A stretch of 62,523 bases of DNA, the filler included, from Platydemus manokwari (taxonomy: Eukaryota), in the NCBI GenBank assembly GCA_037951405.1. It is 6 parts of 6 records of this genome, joined end to end, with 100 filler letters (N's around TTAATTAATTAA, not from the genome) between each part and the next. Parts side by side here need not be neighbours in the genome. Positions count along the whole stretch, not along the records: positions 11,211 to 21,813 come from JBBMOY011120774.1; positions 21,914 to 32,755 come from JBBMOY011101443.1; 4 more parts are not named here. One strand, written 5' to 3'. Positions 12,380 through 25,300 of this stretch are shown piece after piece (the stretch's first letter is position 1; the number at the start of each line of letters is the position of its first letter). Under the pieces are notes generated by a model that ran no database searches, was not told the DNA's origin, and saw only the letters and a program-made list of their open reading frames with translations. Position numbers and translations under genes: made by a program.

Positions 12380-13180
12380 TTGGCTTAAGTTAAAAAAGAG
12401 ACTCCTAAGATGAAATTTTAAATTTGTTGAGTGTGTTGCAAAATTCTATATAGTTTATTTAATTATATTCTTTAAAAACATTTTGGATTTTTTATTTAAA
12501 TGCTTAAGAAGAATTTTAGTTGTTTGAAATCAAATATTAAATAGGCTTGAGCGTAAAAATCTCCTAAAATTTGATTATTTGAAAAAAGTAGGTCGAATTG
12601 CAATTTATTGAAAATTTACGAGGACCCATTTTTCAACATTAGAAGCAAATTGAGAGATATTCTCAATGTTTACAATTATTTTATAAAAATAGGCAATGAT
12701 ATTATTAAACATATCTGTAGTTATATTTAATCAATTATATATAATTAAATATATATAATTAATTTATAAAATTATCTCATGAGCGAAAATTCATTATAAC
12801 GAAAGTAGGTCAAAGGTCCCTTTTTCTTAATTTAAGCCAGAAGACTTCATAAAATGTATTTTAAATTTTTTGAGTGTATTTCAAAAAGCTATATAGTTTA
12901 ATTAAAAGGTATTTATTGAAAACATCATAAATTTTTGGTTTAAGTATTTGAAAATGGTTTTCGTTGTTCGAAATCAGAAATTAAGGAAAACAAGGTGATT
13001 AACAATCTGACTGAAAATGAGTATTTGAAAAACTGGGGAAAGTGGGTCAATTAATTAATGCGAACCATTGTTGTTAATATTTTTAAATAATGGGGAAATT
13101 CTGAATTTTTACAATTACTTTTATGATAACGATTAACATTATATTTAATCTCCCAGAAGTGTGGGACGTTGATCTATAAT
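12380..13180 (+). repeat. Two diverged tandem copies (~443 bp period) of a dispersed AT-rich repeat family
   Basis: ctatatagttta at 12446 and 12889. Homologous copies lie at about 42760-43140 (reverse complement) and 62160-62523. Confidence 0.7.
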
Positions 13181-14467
13181 TTTAAAAATATTAATTTTTA
13201 ACCATAGTTTTGATATACAGGTCGGAAATTCTGGAAAGATTTTTTTGCAAATTAAAAGAATCTTTTAAAAATGGATCCCACAAATATAAAACAATTGTAC
13301 TAATAAGAATAGTTGCTTGGTCGAACAATTCAGTTTCGTTCGATGTGACACATCCTAATGATTTACACAGAAAGTGTTTCATTAAATGAACTATCAAGCC
13401 TCGAAAATGGTAAAATATTTCATAAAAGTTAAGAGTGAAGATGGCAATTTATTGTATTAACATTTGTAAATTTGACATGATAAATTTTGACGTGAAATTT
13501 TAGAAAAATATTGATTAAATTATAAAATCAAATCTTACGAGAAAATTCATCATAAGAAAATTAGATCAAATTTCAAGGAACTCCTTAATAACTACATAAG
13601 AATTTTGAATATTTTGCAAAATAATGAAGTAACCAATCGAATTTTTAAAATTACTTCAACCAGACGAGTAGTAGTTCCAATATCAAGAACAGGAATTGTA
13701 CTTGAATTCTTTTCTCTGAAATAGATAAAGTGAAAATCAATTGTTATCCCATATGCAAATCAAGCACATTATTGTTGTTTACTTTGTATGATTTTTGTTA
13801 ATATTTGTTATTGTTGTTGTTTGGTTTTGAGATTTGATATCTTAGCGTTCTACGCGTTACGTTTTTGCTTAAATTTATTAATCAATGAGAACTGATTTGT
13901 AAAATTTTAAAAATTCATTCGGATTTTCAATCACGTTTAGAATCAAACAGAAATTATCTGTGGTTGTGCCAAATTGAGAATGATAAAATATTTGAAAATA
14001 TCAGTTAGCTAGGCTGTGAATGTAAATATAATCAGAGTGAGATAAAATGGTGTTAAAATTGATATCAATAAAATTAAAACAGTATCACACGCCATTCATC
14101 TTGTCTCTATAACAATATGAATATCATGAACATATCGGTCTATTAGAACTTGACAATGTCAACATGAAAGAGGTTGATAGCTGAAATAAAACAAAGGACC
14201 AAATCTTAAAACAACTAGCAACATTAATGCGGAGTATTTTTTGTCAAAAATGAGATAAAAACTCATTACGTAACTATGGTTTATAGAGAACTAATCAAGA
14301 CTTCTTCTGCCCGATAAAGCTGCTAACAGAGTATAATTATATACTGATAAATATTTTATTCATTTATACTTGGTCAATATAATCAATATTTTAAACATTA
14401 ATAAAATAAATAATGTATTGATTGAGTCAGAGATTTAAACAAAAAATCACTTAAAAAGATTCAATTG

Positions 14468-14770
14468 AAAATCAATACAAACAATTTCGACATCGATTTA
14501 AACAAAATAAATGATCAATAGAAAAGATCAAAATGTAAATCGATACAAATTATTTCGACATCGGTTAAAACAAATTAAATAATCAATAAAAAAGATCAAA
14601 ATGTGAATCGATACAAATAATTTCGACATCGATTTAAACAAAATAAATAATCAATAAAAAAGATCAAAATGTAAATCGATACAAATAATTTCGACATCGA
14701 TTTAAACAAAATAAATAATTAATAATAAAGATTTAATTGTAAATCAATACAAATAATTTCGCCATTGATT
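14468..14770. repeat. 68-bp minisatellite, about 4.5 copies, immediately 3' of the second TRAF stop codon
   Basis: ttcgacatcg recurs at 14486, 14554, 14622 and 14690, with a degenerate copy at 14758. Confidence 0.93.
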
Positions 14771-14785
14771 GATTGGAGATTATTT

Positions 14786-16355
14786 TCAGTGCTTGACAGA
14801 AGCTTCGATCAATAATTGATTATCTCGGATCAATTCTGGATATTTAGATATTTCTGACGATTCAATAAAGAGATAATCACGCCAAAATTGTTCATTTTTT
14901 TCACTTGTTGGTTTCTGCAGTGTGGAGTGATTTCCATAATTAGAGCATTTTATAATCGTCGTTTCGTGAGAGAATCCAGTTTTCTGATTAATCACAGCCA
15001 GCTCGACAATCCCTTTGAATGGCCATTCGAGATTATCATCGAATGGGCCGTTTAAAATACGGAAATATACCCGCAAATTATCATTAAAATTACCAAGCCG
15101 CAAAACGAGATTCATTTTATAACCATTTGTTTTCGAGAAAAATGAGTCACTGAAAATAGTTTTCTCTGTGCTCGTTCGTAACTTCTTGATTGTGTCTGAA
15201 TAATTATTGATTTTCCACTCAAAATGTCCTGTTGTGTCAATATTTTCTACCAGATCGTTATAATTCTGCTCCGATTGGTCAATTTTATTAATTTGTAATT
15301 TCTGCGTAAACGTAATGCCTCATTCATATATTCAACCAATCAAATTTACTTCAATCATTTTCATTTGTTCTCCACATATTTTATCGAGTTTCTTTTCAAT
15401 CTCATTACACTGCTCTTTAAGTTTTTCGATTTCTTTAAACTCTATTTGCGCTGTCATGTGTTTCGTTTCACGAATTTGATTACCAACTCTTGGATTGAAA
15501 AACGCATTCTGAATAAACAAAACAAATCACAGTAAATCAATAAATTTCCTTTACATCTAACCGAATTTGTTTTGTCATCTTTAGCTGTCTTCAATTCACT
15601 TCTGATCGATCGATTCTCATTTTTCAAAGCCACCATTTCTTCATTCAACAATTCGATTTCCTTCGAATTCTCCTTTTCCTTTCTCTGCAAATCTGCAATA
15701 ATTTTCTAAAATATTTTTCAATCACAAAATATCATTTGATAAATATCGATTTTACTTGTGTTGTCTGTTTATCGTTTATCATTTGTTGTTCGAGATCGAA
15801 ATTTTTTGTTGTTAATTTATGAATCTCTTCCTTCAATGATTCAATTTCGTTGGAACAATTATTGATCCAATTAATCAATAATTTTGTATGAGGATAAATC
15901 TCATTTAGAAGGTGCTCAGTCACTTTATCTTTCGATAATCTACTTTCATCGCAGCCAAGATTAAATAAAGGGCATTGCTGATGCTGATTTGTGCAATTTT
16001 TTAAATGATTTTCAATCGATTTCAATTCAACTATCGTTTCACAATCAATATTTGGACAATGTGCTTTTAATTTCGATACACCAATATTGATTGCATTATT
16101 AATTTTAATGTTTTTGTCAAAATCCAAACATGTAAATGTGCAAAATTCTTTTCCTCCTGGACAATGTTTTGGTCCATTTATCAAATATTGTTTAATACAC
16201 TCTTTGCAAAACAGACAGAAACAAGGCGCTTTACACGCTTCCGTGAGAATTTTTTTACAAATTGTGCATTTGTAATTCCAATCCGTATTATCAGCGATTT
16301 CCAAATCATATTGTCTCATAATTGCCCACATTTTGTCGAAATGTTGATCAACCAT
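14786..16355 (-). CDS. TRAF-family paralogue, about 472 aa; exons 16355-15756, 15705-15562, 15508-15350, 15301-14786
   Basis: RING CTICKKILTEACKAPCFCLFCKEC...CPG; MATH GHFEWKINNY...IFSDSF...GYKMNL...GPFDDNLEWPFKG. Phase-0 introns of 50, 53 and 48 nt at the same positions as in the first TRAF; exon 2 is 144 nt in both. Confidence 0.92.
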
Positions 16356-19300
16356 TATTGGATTGTCTAAAATTTAATATAAAATCAATATCGACATTAA
16401 CACCATAAAACTAATAAACATTATATAAAGATATTGATATAAATTTTGAGCGAAAGAGTTTTTATTGGATGACACGATTGTGAAATGATTGATGAAAAAA
16501 ATTAGTAATTACCTCGCAAAAATATTCCGAAATTATTTAAAATAGAACTCTTGATATAACCTATATTGATTCGAATAAACAAATCCATCAATATTTGTAA
16601 TGAATAACTTGATATGAAAAATATTTAATTTTTCAAGTTAAAATCGTGTATTTTCATGATAAAATTTTCGCCTTATTTTACCATGACCTTAGACACTATC
16701 ATAGAATCGTACTAAAGGCATGGAAGAGAAACATGGTGCTGATTTATTATCGTGCTACAATGTCAATATTTAATTTAAATAATGATGGCATTACAATTGG
16801 ATGACCAAAGTTTCCTCATAAAACATCTCTTACAAATCATGAGTTCTGAATCACGTTCTTCTTCAAAAATATTGGAATTTATCGTTTCCTTTTAACTATA
16901 TTTTTATAAATTTTCTTTTTTGCATTTTACTTTTATTCAGATTTTAGCTATTTTAATAAATTGATCCAAACAACTAAAAATAGCTCGATTTGTATTCATA
17001 TTTACTGGAGAAAATATTTGATTTCTCTACTAGAACGGTTTTCTGTCATAAAAATTGTTTGATTTTGGAATTTGTGATTTATTGAAAAATATTATTTAAG
17101 AGTCGATAGAAAACTAATGAGAAGACTCTCAAAATTATTTAAAATGCTGGAATGTAGTGTTGGTCTTGATGCACCTTAAGACGATGATCGGTATAATTAA
17201 ATCTCAATTTAGGAACAAATATATCGAGTTGCTTTGTTTGTTACCTACATTCTTGGTGAATGAAGGCGGATTACGTGGATCCGCTGTACCCTTATAGAGC
17301 TGTACCCGTTTTAGAGCAGCAAATTCTAGTTAATAATTTATTCAACGTTCAGTTATTGATCAGATTGCTCATAAAGATTTTTGTTTGAATTTTTAAGATT
17401 TATTTTTTGTCCTTCTTTTAAAGTCACTTATTTATACGGCCTATCTAATGGCACTGGATTTTAACACTTATTCCAATGCCCCACATTTCCATACTGTTAA
17501 TAAATTTACTAATCGACAGATGCCACCTTTTTCTTAATGCCGGAAATACGAAAAACATTAAAATTATAAAAAATCCAATTCAAAACATCACAATAATTGT
17601 AAGCAATTTTTTAAGTGATTCAAAGATCTCTGCATTATTGTTTAAGAATTGGAGCTCATAATCTCCTTGACGAATAGGGAAATTTGTATTAATTGATATT
17701 TTTGATTAAGTATTTATTATTTTAACCACTGTGACCTCTCAAATCGAATCGAAAATCATTATTAGCTGATTATATATAATGATAACACGAGTGACTAACT
17801 TTCTGCCGGTTGCGGAGCTGTCTATTGGGACAATAAAATACGTAATAAAGGTATCATAGATTGTGTTTGGCTTTGAATTGCCTCTGAATTCTCGGGAGCG
17901 TTCTTTATCTTCTAATATAACTTGAACATTTTGACGATTGTACATATAGCATGCTCCATAAATCATTAATTTGTGTTTCCTTCATTTTTAGAGCACAGTG
18001 TGTCTAAGTCATCGTGTTTAAAACGTGTAAAGTAACCACGTGTCAATGTTCTCATTGGAAATTGCATTCCTAAATTTGTAACACGCGTATAATACATCAT
18101 CATAGAGTATCATGACAAATTTAAAAGAAACCCAAGTTACTATGACAACTTGCTAATTTATCATAAATAATTTAATACCAAATTAAATTTAAAAAATGTT
18201 CACAACTATTTATCCATTGAGAATCTTATTTATTTGTTTATTCGAACCAATTAAGATTGTGTTGTGGGTTTCTTCTCAATTTCTTCTCCAATCATTTCAC
18301 ATTAGAATCATCCAATAACGGTGTTTCAATAAAATTTTTCATCGACATCTTTCTATACTTACTTTTTTATAATGTTTGTTATGACATTTTAATATTTCTA
18401 CTAACCGATAGCTATTCCACTGACTAAAACCAATTTTAGTACCTCTTGTTTTCATTCCTATCAACATTATTTCTTGCTATTAAATCTGAAATTATTCTTA
18501 TTGAGTTTTTGTTTCGTGGTTTATCGTTTAATATTTTTAGTTCATGTTAAGGTTGTGTACTATACAAACCATTATTATCGATCAAATTAAACAAGTGAAC
18601 TGAAAATAGGAGAATCGAAAGAGGACCCTAAATAATCAAAATACTGACCCCATAAAGTGCTAGTAAGGTTACGCAAATACAATGTTAGGTAAGCTCATTG
18701 TGAATTCAGGTTTTATGGATTCGAATTCTTGTCTAATTGTTACGATCTGGCCATATTTGTTTTTTATAGGTTTTAATTTCATTTCTATTTCATGCCACTA
18801 TTGTTTTAATCAGTCTCACTGAGTTCTTGATTAAGACCTTTTTGTCATTCTAATCTTCACCTCGCTCAACGTTATTGTATGAGGACAATGGGTGTGGCAA
18901 TATTAATATCTTAACCATAAGTCTCAGTTTAAGCACCTTATTTTTAATCCTAAAATTGCTGATACCAATGACATTGAAGTATGATTTATGATCCCTATTT
19001 AATCAATAACTAATTCTCGTGACTACAAATTAAATAACAACGATACAAATTAACAACTAAATAAAATGATAAAATAAAAATTACAAGTTATTTCTAATGC
19101 TACAATTCACAACAAACTTTACAACGGACTTTTACAATTCCTGGATTAAGATGACGGTTGGCGAAGTCCATACTCTTGTGTCAAAACCCGTTACTTTTTC
19201 ATGATGATAATAGGAAGTATGAACTCGAACGTAGGAAATAAAAACGACTTTAGTAACGACCAGTAGTTTATATAACTGTATCTCACTGTTGGGTCTTTCA

Positions 19301-19926
19301 GCAAAGCACTGGGTATATATGGAATCCTCATCATCGTCACAGATTTGCAAATCGTGTCTTATTCTCGTCTAAAACAATTGAGGATGTAATAACTATAACT
19401 GCTGCCTTACATAGGCAGCAATGAGTCACTCGCAGAAATTATCTTAGATATTTGTTTAATGTCACGCGTTTTTATTTTCATGTTGGGATTTATTATCACA
19501 GAAATAAAGTCTCTGATTAATAAACTGAATCTTTTATTGTGTGCGATAAAGGGGGACCATTTATTTGGCAGTGTTATTGAGCGACAACATATTACGGGCT
19601 ATTTCTTATATAATTTTATAAATAAATTTATTATATTGGAAATTTTAATGAGTTTTCCTTTAATAAGGTTGTTCAGATATTATTTTTTTGATCACTAAAC
19701 ATCATCTGAAGATAATTATTATAAATATCCAATATATTATTTCACAAATACTATTTCAATAAAGTGACTTTATTAATGTTTTCCAGGAATCGACAAGTTC
19801 TAGAAAAATTAATATAGATCAGATTAAAGATAAAAGGAATACAATAAAAATTGCTACACTTATGGCAATGTTCATAATATGTATCAACATGCAAAATAAA
19901 ATTGATTTATCCCATGAAAAGGTACA

Positions 19927-20389
19927 TGACGTCACGCAAAAATTTCAATAATAACAATAACAAATTTTTACGCAATTCACAAAGAAAGTCATTCAAGAGG
20001 GAATAATCGCTCGAAAGTCAAAAACAGAAAGAAGAGTAATCAAAAAGACTGATTACTAAAATCACACGTAAGCTAAGCACTAAAGAGACCGATCAAAAAA
20101 GACTGGCAACAATTCATGGAATTCAACTTCTTTTATAGTCCAATCTGATATGCCTACTTGATGTCATGGATCTTCGTTTTTAATTCGCTGAATTTGTTTG
20201 TGGATTGATTTACTTGAGATTTTCCTTATATCTCTCATGCCATTGGCGATTCTTAGCTTCTAAATATGAATTAACATTAGAATGAATCTGATTGGTTAAT
20301 GACATGTGTGTTTAACGGGTTTGTATGTATTGACCCTTTTTATGGTTTTTCCTTGGTTCTTGGGATTCTTTTGATTGATTTGTGATACA
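19927..20389 (-). mobile_element. Probable solo LTR related to 7053-7566
   Basis: Shared blocks in the same order: caaaaa-gactg, c-tttatag, tgattgg-ta-tgaca-gtg, tgacccttt-atggttt. Boundaries are approximate. Confidence 0.5.
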
Positions 20390-21813
20390 CCTAACATTAT
20401 AAACAGCACTAATTATAACAACAAAAAAGCGAGCTTATCAAGGTTAAGTGCAAATGTTTAGAAAATTTAAAATCATATCATTAATAAAACTTACTTCTTG
20501 TCATCATAACTTTGGCAAAGACCCCATAGGAAGTCCATCAATATATGGGCTATAATTCTATTTATTTTTACTTGCTTCTCACAGCTTTAATATCAATTTC
20601 ACCTTGAAACAAATAATATGACTCAGAACTGATAAAATGTAACGAAATTTTTCAAGTTTTCACTAAATTTCAGCTCAAAACATACTCAAATTTCTGACCC
20701 AATGACTTTTAAATAATCCAACTGATGTAACTCATAAGCATCAAAATAAGAATTTGAATTATTTAAATAAATGTAAGATCATAACTCTAAAATGAAGCTG
20801 TAACACCGAGGCTTGTAAATAAAGAGCAGAGAATAGATAAGAAATTAAAAACCAAAAGAAATACTGGACACATATAAAGTGTTCAAGTTCTAAATAGAGT
20901 GATATACAAAATCGGTATTCAAATGCAATGAAGTTCGATGAAGTTTCATAAATTGATTACGTCGATTGCGTCCACGAGGACAGCGGTTTAATAGCGTCAC
21001 CATGTCCTTATTAAATATAAAATTCAGGAGCTTTCAGAGGCGGTGGCTGTGGTTGTGGTGATGGTAGATTTGTGATGTAGATAGTGTTCTATTTCGGCCT
21101 TCTATAGATTCTATCAGTGTCTCTAACCAAAAATAGCTATACATTTACATACCAATTCCGAGACCAATTCATCAAATAATCAAAAACCGAAGTTCACTAT
21201 ATAGTGGCCAAAACAATTATGAAAACTCGCCGGGATTTTAAAGCTATGATAGGTAATAATTTTGACGCATTATTGCCGTCAGAAGAAATCGCAGCAGAGT
21301 CCGAAAAATTATAGAAACTTAATTTAAGAATTCAATTTATATGGGATTATGCGGCTTCGATAGATGGTCGCGTCTCAATTAGATAAATAATTAAAAATAA
21401 TAATTACATTTATTATATAAAGTACATATTATCATCTACAATAAATAGTTGATAAAAATTACAAAAATATTTTGTTTAAAATCATTTGATATCAAATATC
21501 TTGAGATTATTTTATTTTATGTAATGTTTTCATGTCACGGTGCCAAAAAATGGACGCCTTAAGCCAATCTTTCTAAATAGATTTTGTGTTGTAACTTTAT
21601 TACTTTATTCAAATAAACATTATTATTTCATTTTGTTTTGATTCAGTACCCATCTTTTAAAACGAAAACTTGTTAGTCTAAATAAAAATCAAAATAAACT
21701 AAATTTAAATATCAAAACAAAGAAATTACAGGAAATTTAAATTTGGAAAACAAAACAACTTAAATAATGATGGAATTTAAACATTGATGGGACAATGTAT
21801 TAGCTGTGAGGAT

Positions 21814-21913
21814 NNNNNNNNNNNNNNNNNNNNNNNNNNNNNNNNNNNNNNNNNNNNTTAATTAATTAANNNNNNNNNNNNNNNNNNNNNNNNNNNNNNN
21901 NNNNNNNNNNNNN
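21814..21913. other. Artificial contig spacer
   Basis: N44-TTAATTAATTAA-N44. Confidence 0.98.
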
Positions 21914-22352
21914 ATAGTTAATTTTCAAAGAATAACATCGCGATGCCAAATATTTATGAATAACAGATTATCAAAAAAACTAATAAATACTCTCCATGAA
22001 CATTATATTAGCATCAGGAAGAAAATTTTAATTTACGAAATATTTAAATTGTTTTAATAAATATGGTCAGATTTGATAGGCTGGATAATTGGGACATATG
22101 TCAGGTAATTCGAAAACATTTGATAGCAGTTTAAAAATAAATAATTAAAGATAGATTGATAGTTCTAACTCCGATAATTATGAAGACTCTTGACAAAAAT
22201 CACTCCTAGTCCTAGGTAAATAAATCTACTACAGTGAATATTGAGTTGAGCTTAGGTTGTAATTGGATTTTTAGTGAGGTCGGTTAATATCACTACTATT
22301 CATCTTGATACGAGTTGAACCGTACGTAAATAATCAGAAAATTTCATTCCAA

Positions 22353-25300
22353 CTAACACGATTGCAAGGGAATTTCTGGACAATCAGCAATTTTTTTCAA
22401 AATCTTTTCCGCATCAAGATTGGCGGGTGATGATTCGAGTTTTTCATCGAAATCTTCTTTGTTATTTAACTTATTTGAAATATCTTTAGTATCCGTTGTC
22501 AATGAATCTAGAAAACAATCTAATATAAACAAACGATTTTTGAACAACGGTAATAAAATTAATGATTCAAAAAACGTTAAATTTGTATAAAAATAATGAA
22601 ATGAAATTGTATACTAGATTCTAATGTTATCGTAGATGAATTGTTATCTATTGGAATGCCTTCACTTGGATATTTCAAATGCTTAACATCGGTTTTTGCA
22701 ACTTTCTTATCAACTTTATCTTCTCTATCAAAAGCTTCGAACAATCTTAAATAATGATATTTAAATTAAATCTTATACAAGTTATGACACACACACATAT
22801 ATGTGTGTCTGTGTGTGTAAAAGATTATTGAATTCGTACTTTGCATCCCATTTCGTAACAACATTGACTATATCAGCCCAGAGTCGAATAATTTCATCTT
22901 TCATATGATTTTCACGTTGACCTAACAAATTATTGAAACGATATCAACTCATAATATCTATTTATTAACAGAGTATAAAATAATAATAATATAATCAATA
23001 AAATAATAATTTAAATATAATTAATAATAACATAAATTATAAAATAATATTGTTATAATCATTATTATTCTGGGAAGATCAGTTTTAGAAAAGTGAGATT
23101 CACAAATTTAGAATAAATACTAATTTGTAGAATTAAAAATTTATTTAAAATTATTCTAATCAATACTGGGATTATTTACACCTCAGTGAGTACATTATTT
23201 TTTTAATCTTATTATTTATTAGTGTGCTCCAATAATATATTGTCGGGATTTAATTTCATGGATAATCAAAATTTGATGGACAACAATTACAGTTAGATAT
23301 AAAATTAAAATAGATATTCACACCGAAGAAGTAGTCAAAAACGCGCATTTACAAATGAGCCAATCGAAGATTCTGTAAAATACTAAAGCATAAAAAGAGC
23401 TACAAAACTAGTCCATCGGTGAACTATATATTAAAACTTTCAGTGTGTCATTAATCAGATTCCCTATAACTCTTAAAATCAAAGCAAATATTACAAATTT
23501 GAATATAATATTTCAAAACAAAAATCTTACTAAATAAAGCACTGTCAAAAATGTCCGTCGTTGGAGAATAGATTTCCTCCATTAAATTGTAAATGTCTTG
23601 CATTGTTTGAGAGTATTGCTCGGTATTACTCTCTTGCTGAAATATAAGATGTCAAATCAAGTTATTCCGTAAATAATAGATATCTAAATCATATTTATAT
23701 ATTAATTACAGATTCTTCTTCTATGAAGAAATCCATTACAAAAATATGTTACAAATAAATATTTAATAAAATATCAAGTAAACTAAATACCTTCAAAAAA
23801 TCCCACAATTCATTATCTTTATCCTTAGATGTCGATTTCAATCTACAAATCTTTTCTTTAATTTCCAAATTATATCTTGTCCTATCATATTTAAAAAAAT
23901 ATTATCAAATCATAATGAGTGCAGATAAATGTGGTTTCTTAATTTTATGAAATTTTTAATTTCCATACAAATTGAGTAAAAGTAATAATAAAAATAATAG
24001 TGATTAATATTATGTTACATAAATAATAATTATTATTAGTGTGATTGATAATAGTAAAATGAATTTGAAAAATTAATGAATATAAGTTAAATGAATAATA
24101 AGTTAAATTGGTCAATGGCGACTTATTAAATGATGGGACATACAATGTCATACCCGATACATATAAAGTAGAAATGACTAAGAAACAGATGTATTGGTGA
24201 GTCAAGTGCTGAAATTAGTAGTGATCTTCAGAACCATTGAATAACAATAATAATAGTAATAGTAATAATGGTAACGATAATAATACAAATATATAATACA
24301 TAAATAAATGAATATTTGTTAATAATAAATATTAATAAAACATAAATGATTGAAATATTATCATAATTATTATTAATAATTAATCTACTAAAATGTAATA
24401 ATTATTATTAACACGATTATCAAAATTAAGAACAAAAATCCATTGAATTACTTGATTTCATTAATTTTAGAAATTTCATTTTGTAAATTCTTAAAAGACT
24501 CTAATAAAGATTCTGTAGATCTGGAAATAGATGTGAAACTGATGAACAGCGATGGGGTTTGGAATTCGAGTACTTTGATTGGTACATATCTGAATTTTAA
24601 TTTATTTAAAAATAAACAACTAATATATAACAACAGATGAAATCCATTAAAAAATAACTAGAACATTAATTAATACAAAATCAATATTATTTAAAGTTTG
24701 AGATATGTTGATGAATATTCCGATATGGTTAATCTGGATTGGATAGAATTTAATCAAAACAATTCAAACATAGCTTTATCTATGTAAGGATTAGAAAATC
24801 AATTAATATTTAAATGATCATTTTAAATAGAAAATATATTGATATTATAAAATATAAATGATCAATATAATTTGTTTGAATATTTTGAGTAAATATACAT
24901 TACTGGTGTGAAGTTCTTAGATTCGTTTTCCATTTGTATTCAATGATGGAGTGGCAACTAATAACGTCAACCCATATTAAAGCCATTTCTCATATAATAT
25001 TTAGATCTAAGAATGAAATTACTTGATTTCCAAAGCTTTATTGACAGAGAACTGTGTGAAATAATAATGAATATCGGTTTGTAATGAATGGAAGCACTGT
25101 GCCGGATATAGAGTGGTATCAGAAACATTCAAATTAAAAATAATATCAAAAAATCGACCGAGTGACAAATTCCAAGTATCGTCAGACATTGTTTGGAGTG
25201 GAATAGACTAAAATTGAAAAGGATAATTACAGATTATAACAAACAACTAAATAAAAAAGAGTTAAACAGAATAATATAATGAATAATAATAAAAATATCA

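Noticed and set aside
14468-14770. CRISPR-like periodicity
   Set aside because: The whole 68-bp unit repeats with no unique spacers; the context is eukaryotic and there are no cas genes.
10231-14786. Apparent tandem TRAF cluster
   Set aside because: The two genes are separated by an artificial spacer, so adjacency is not real evidence.
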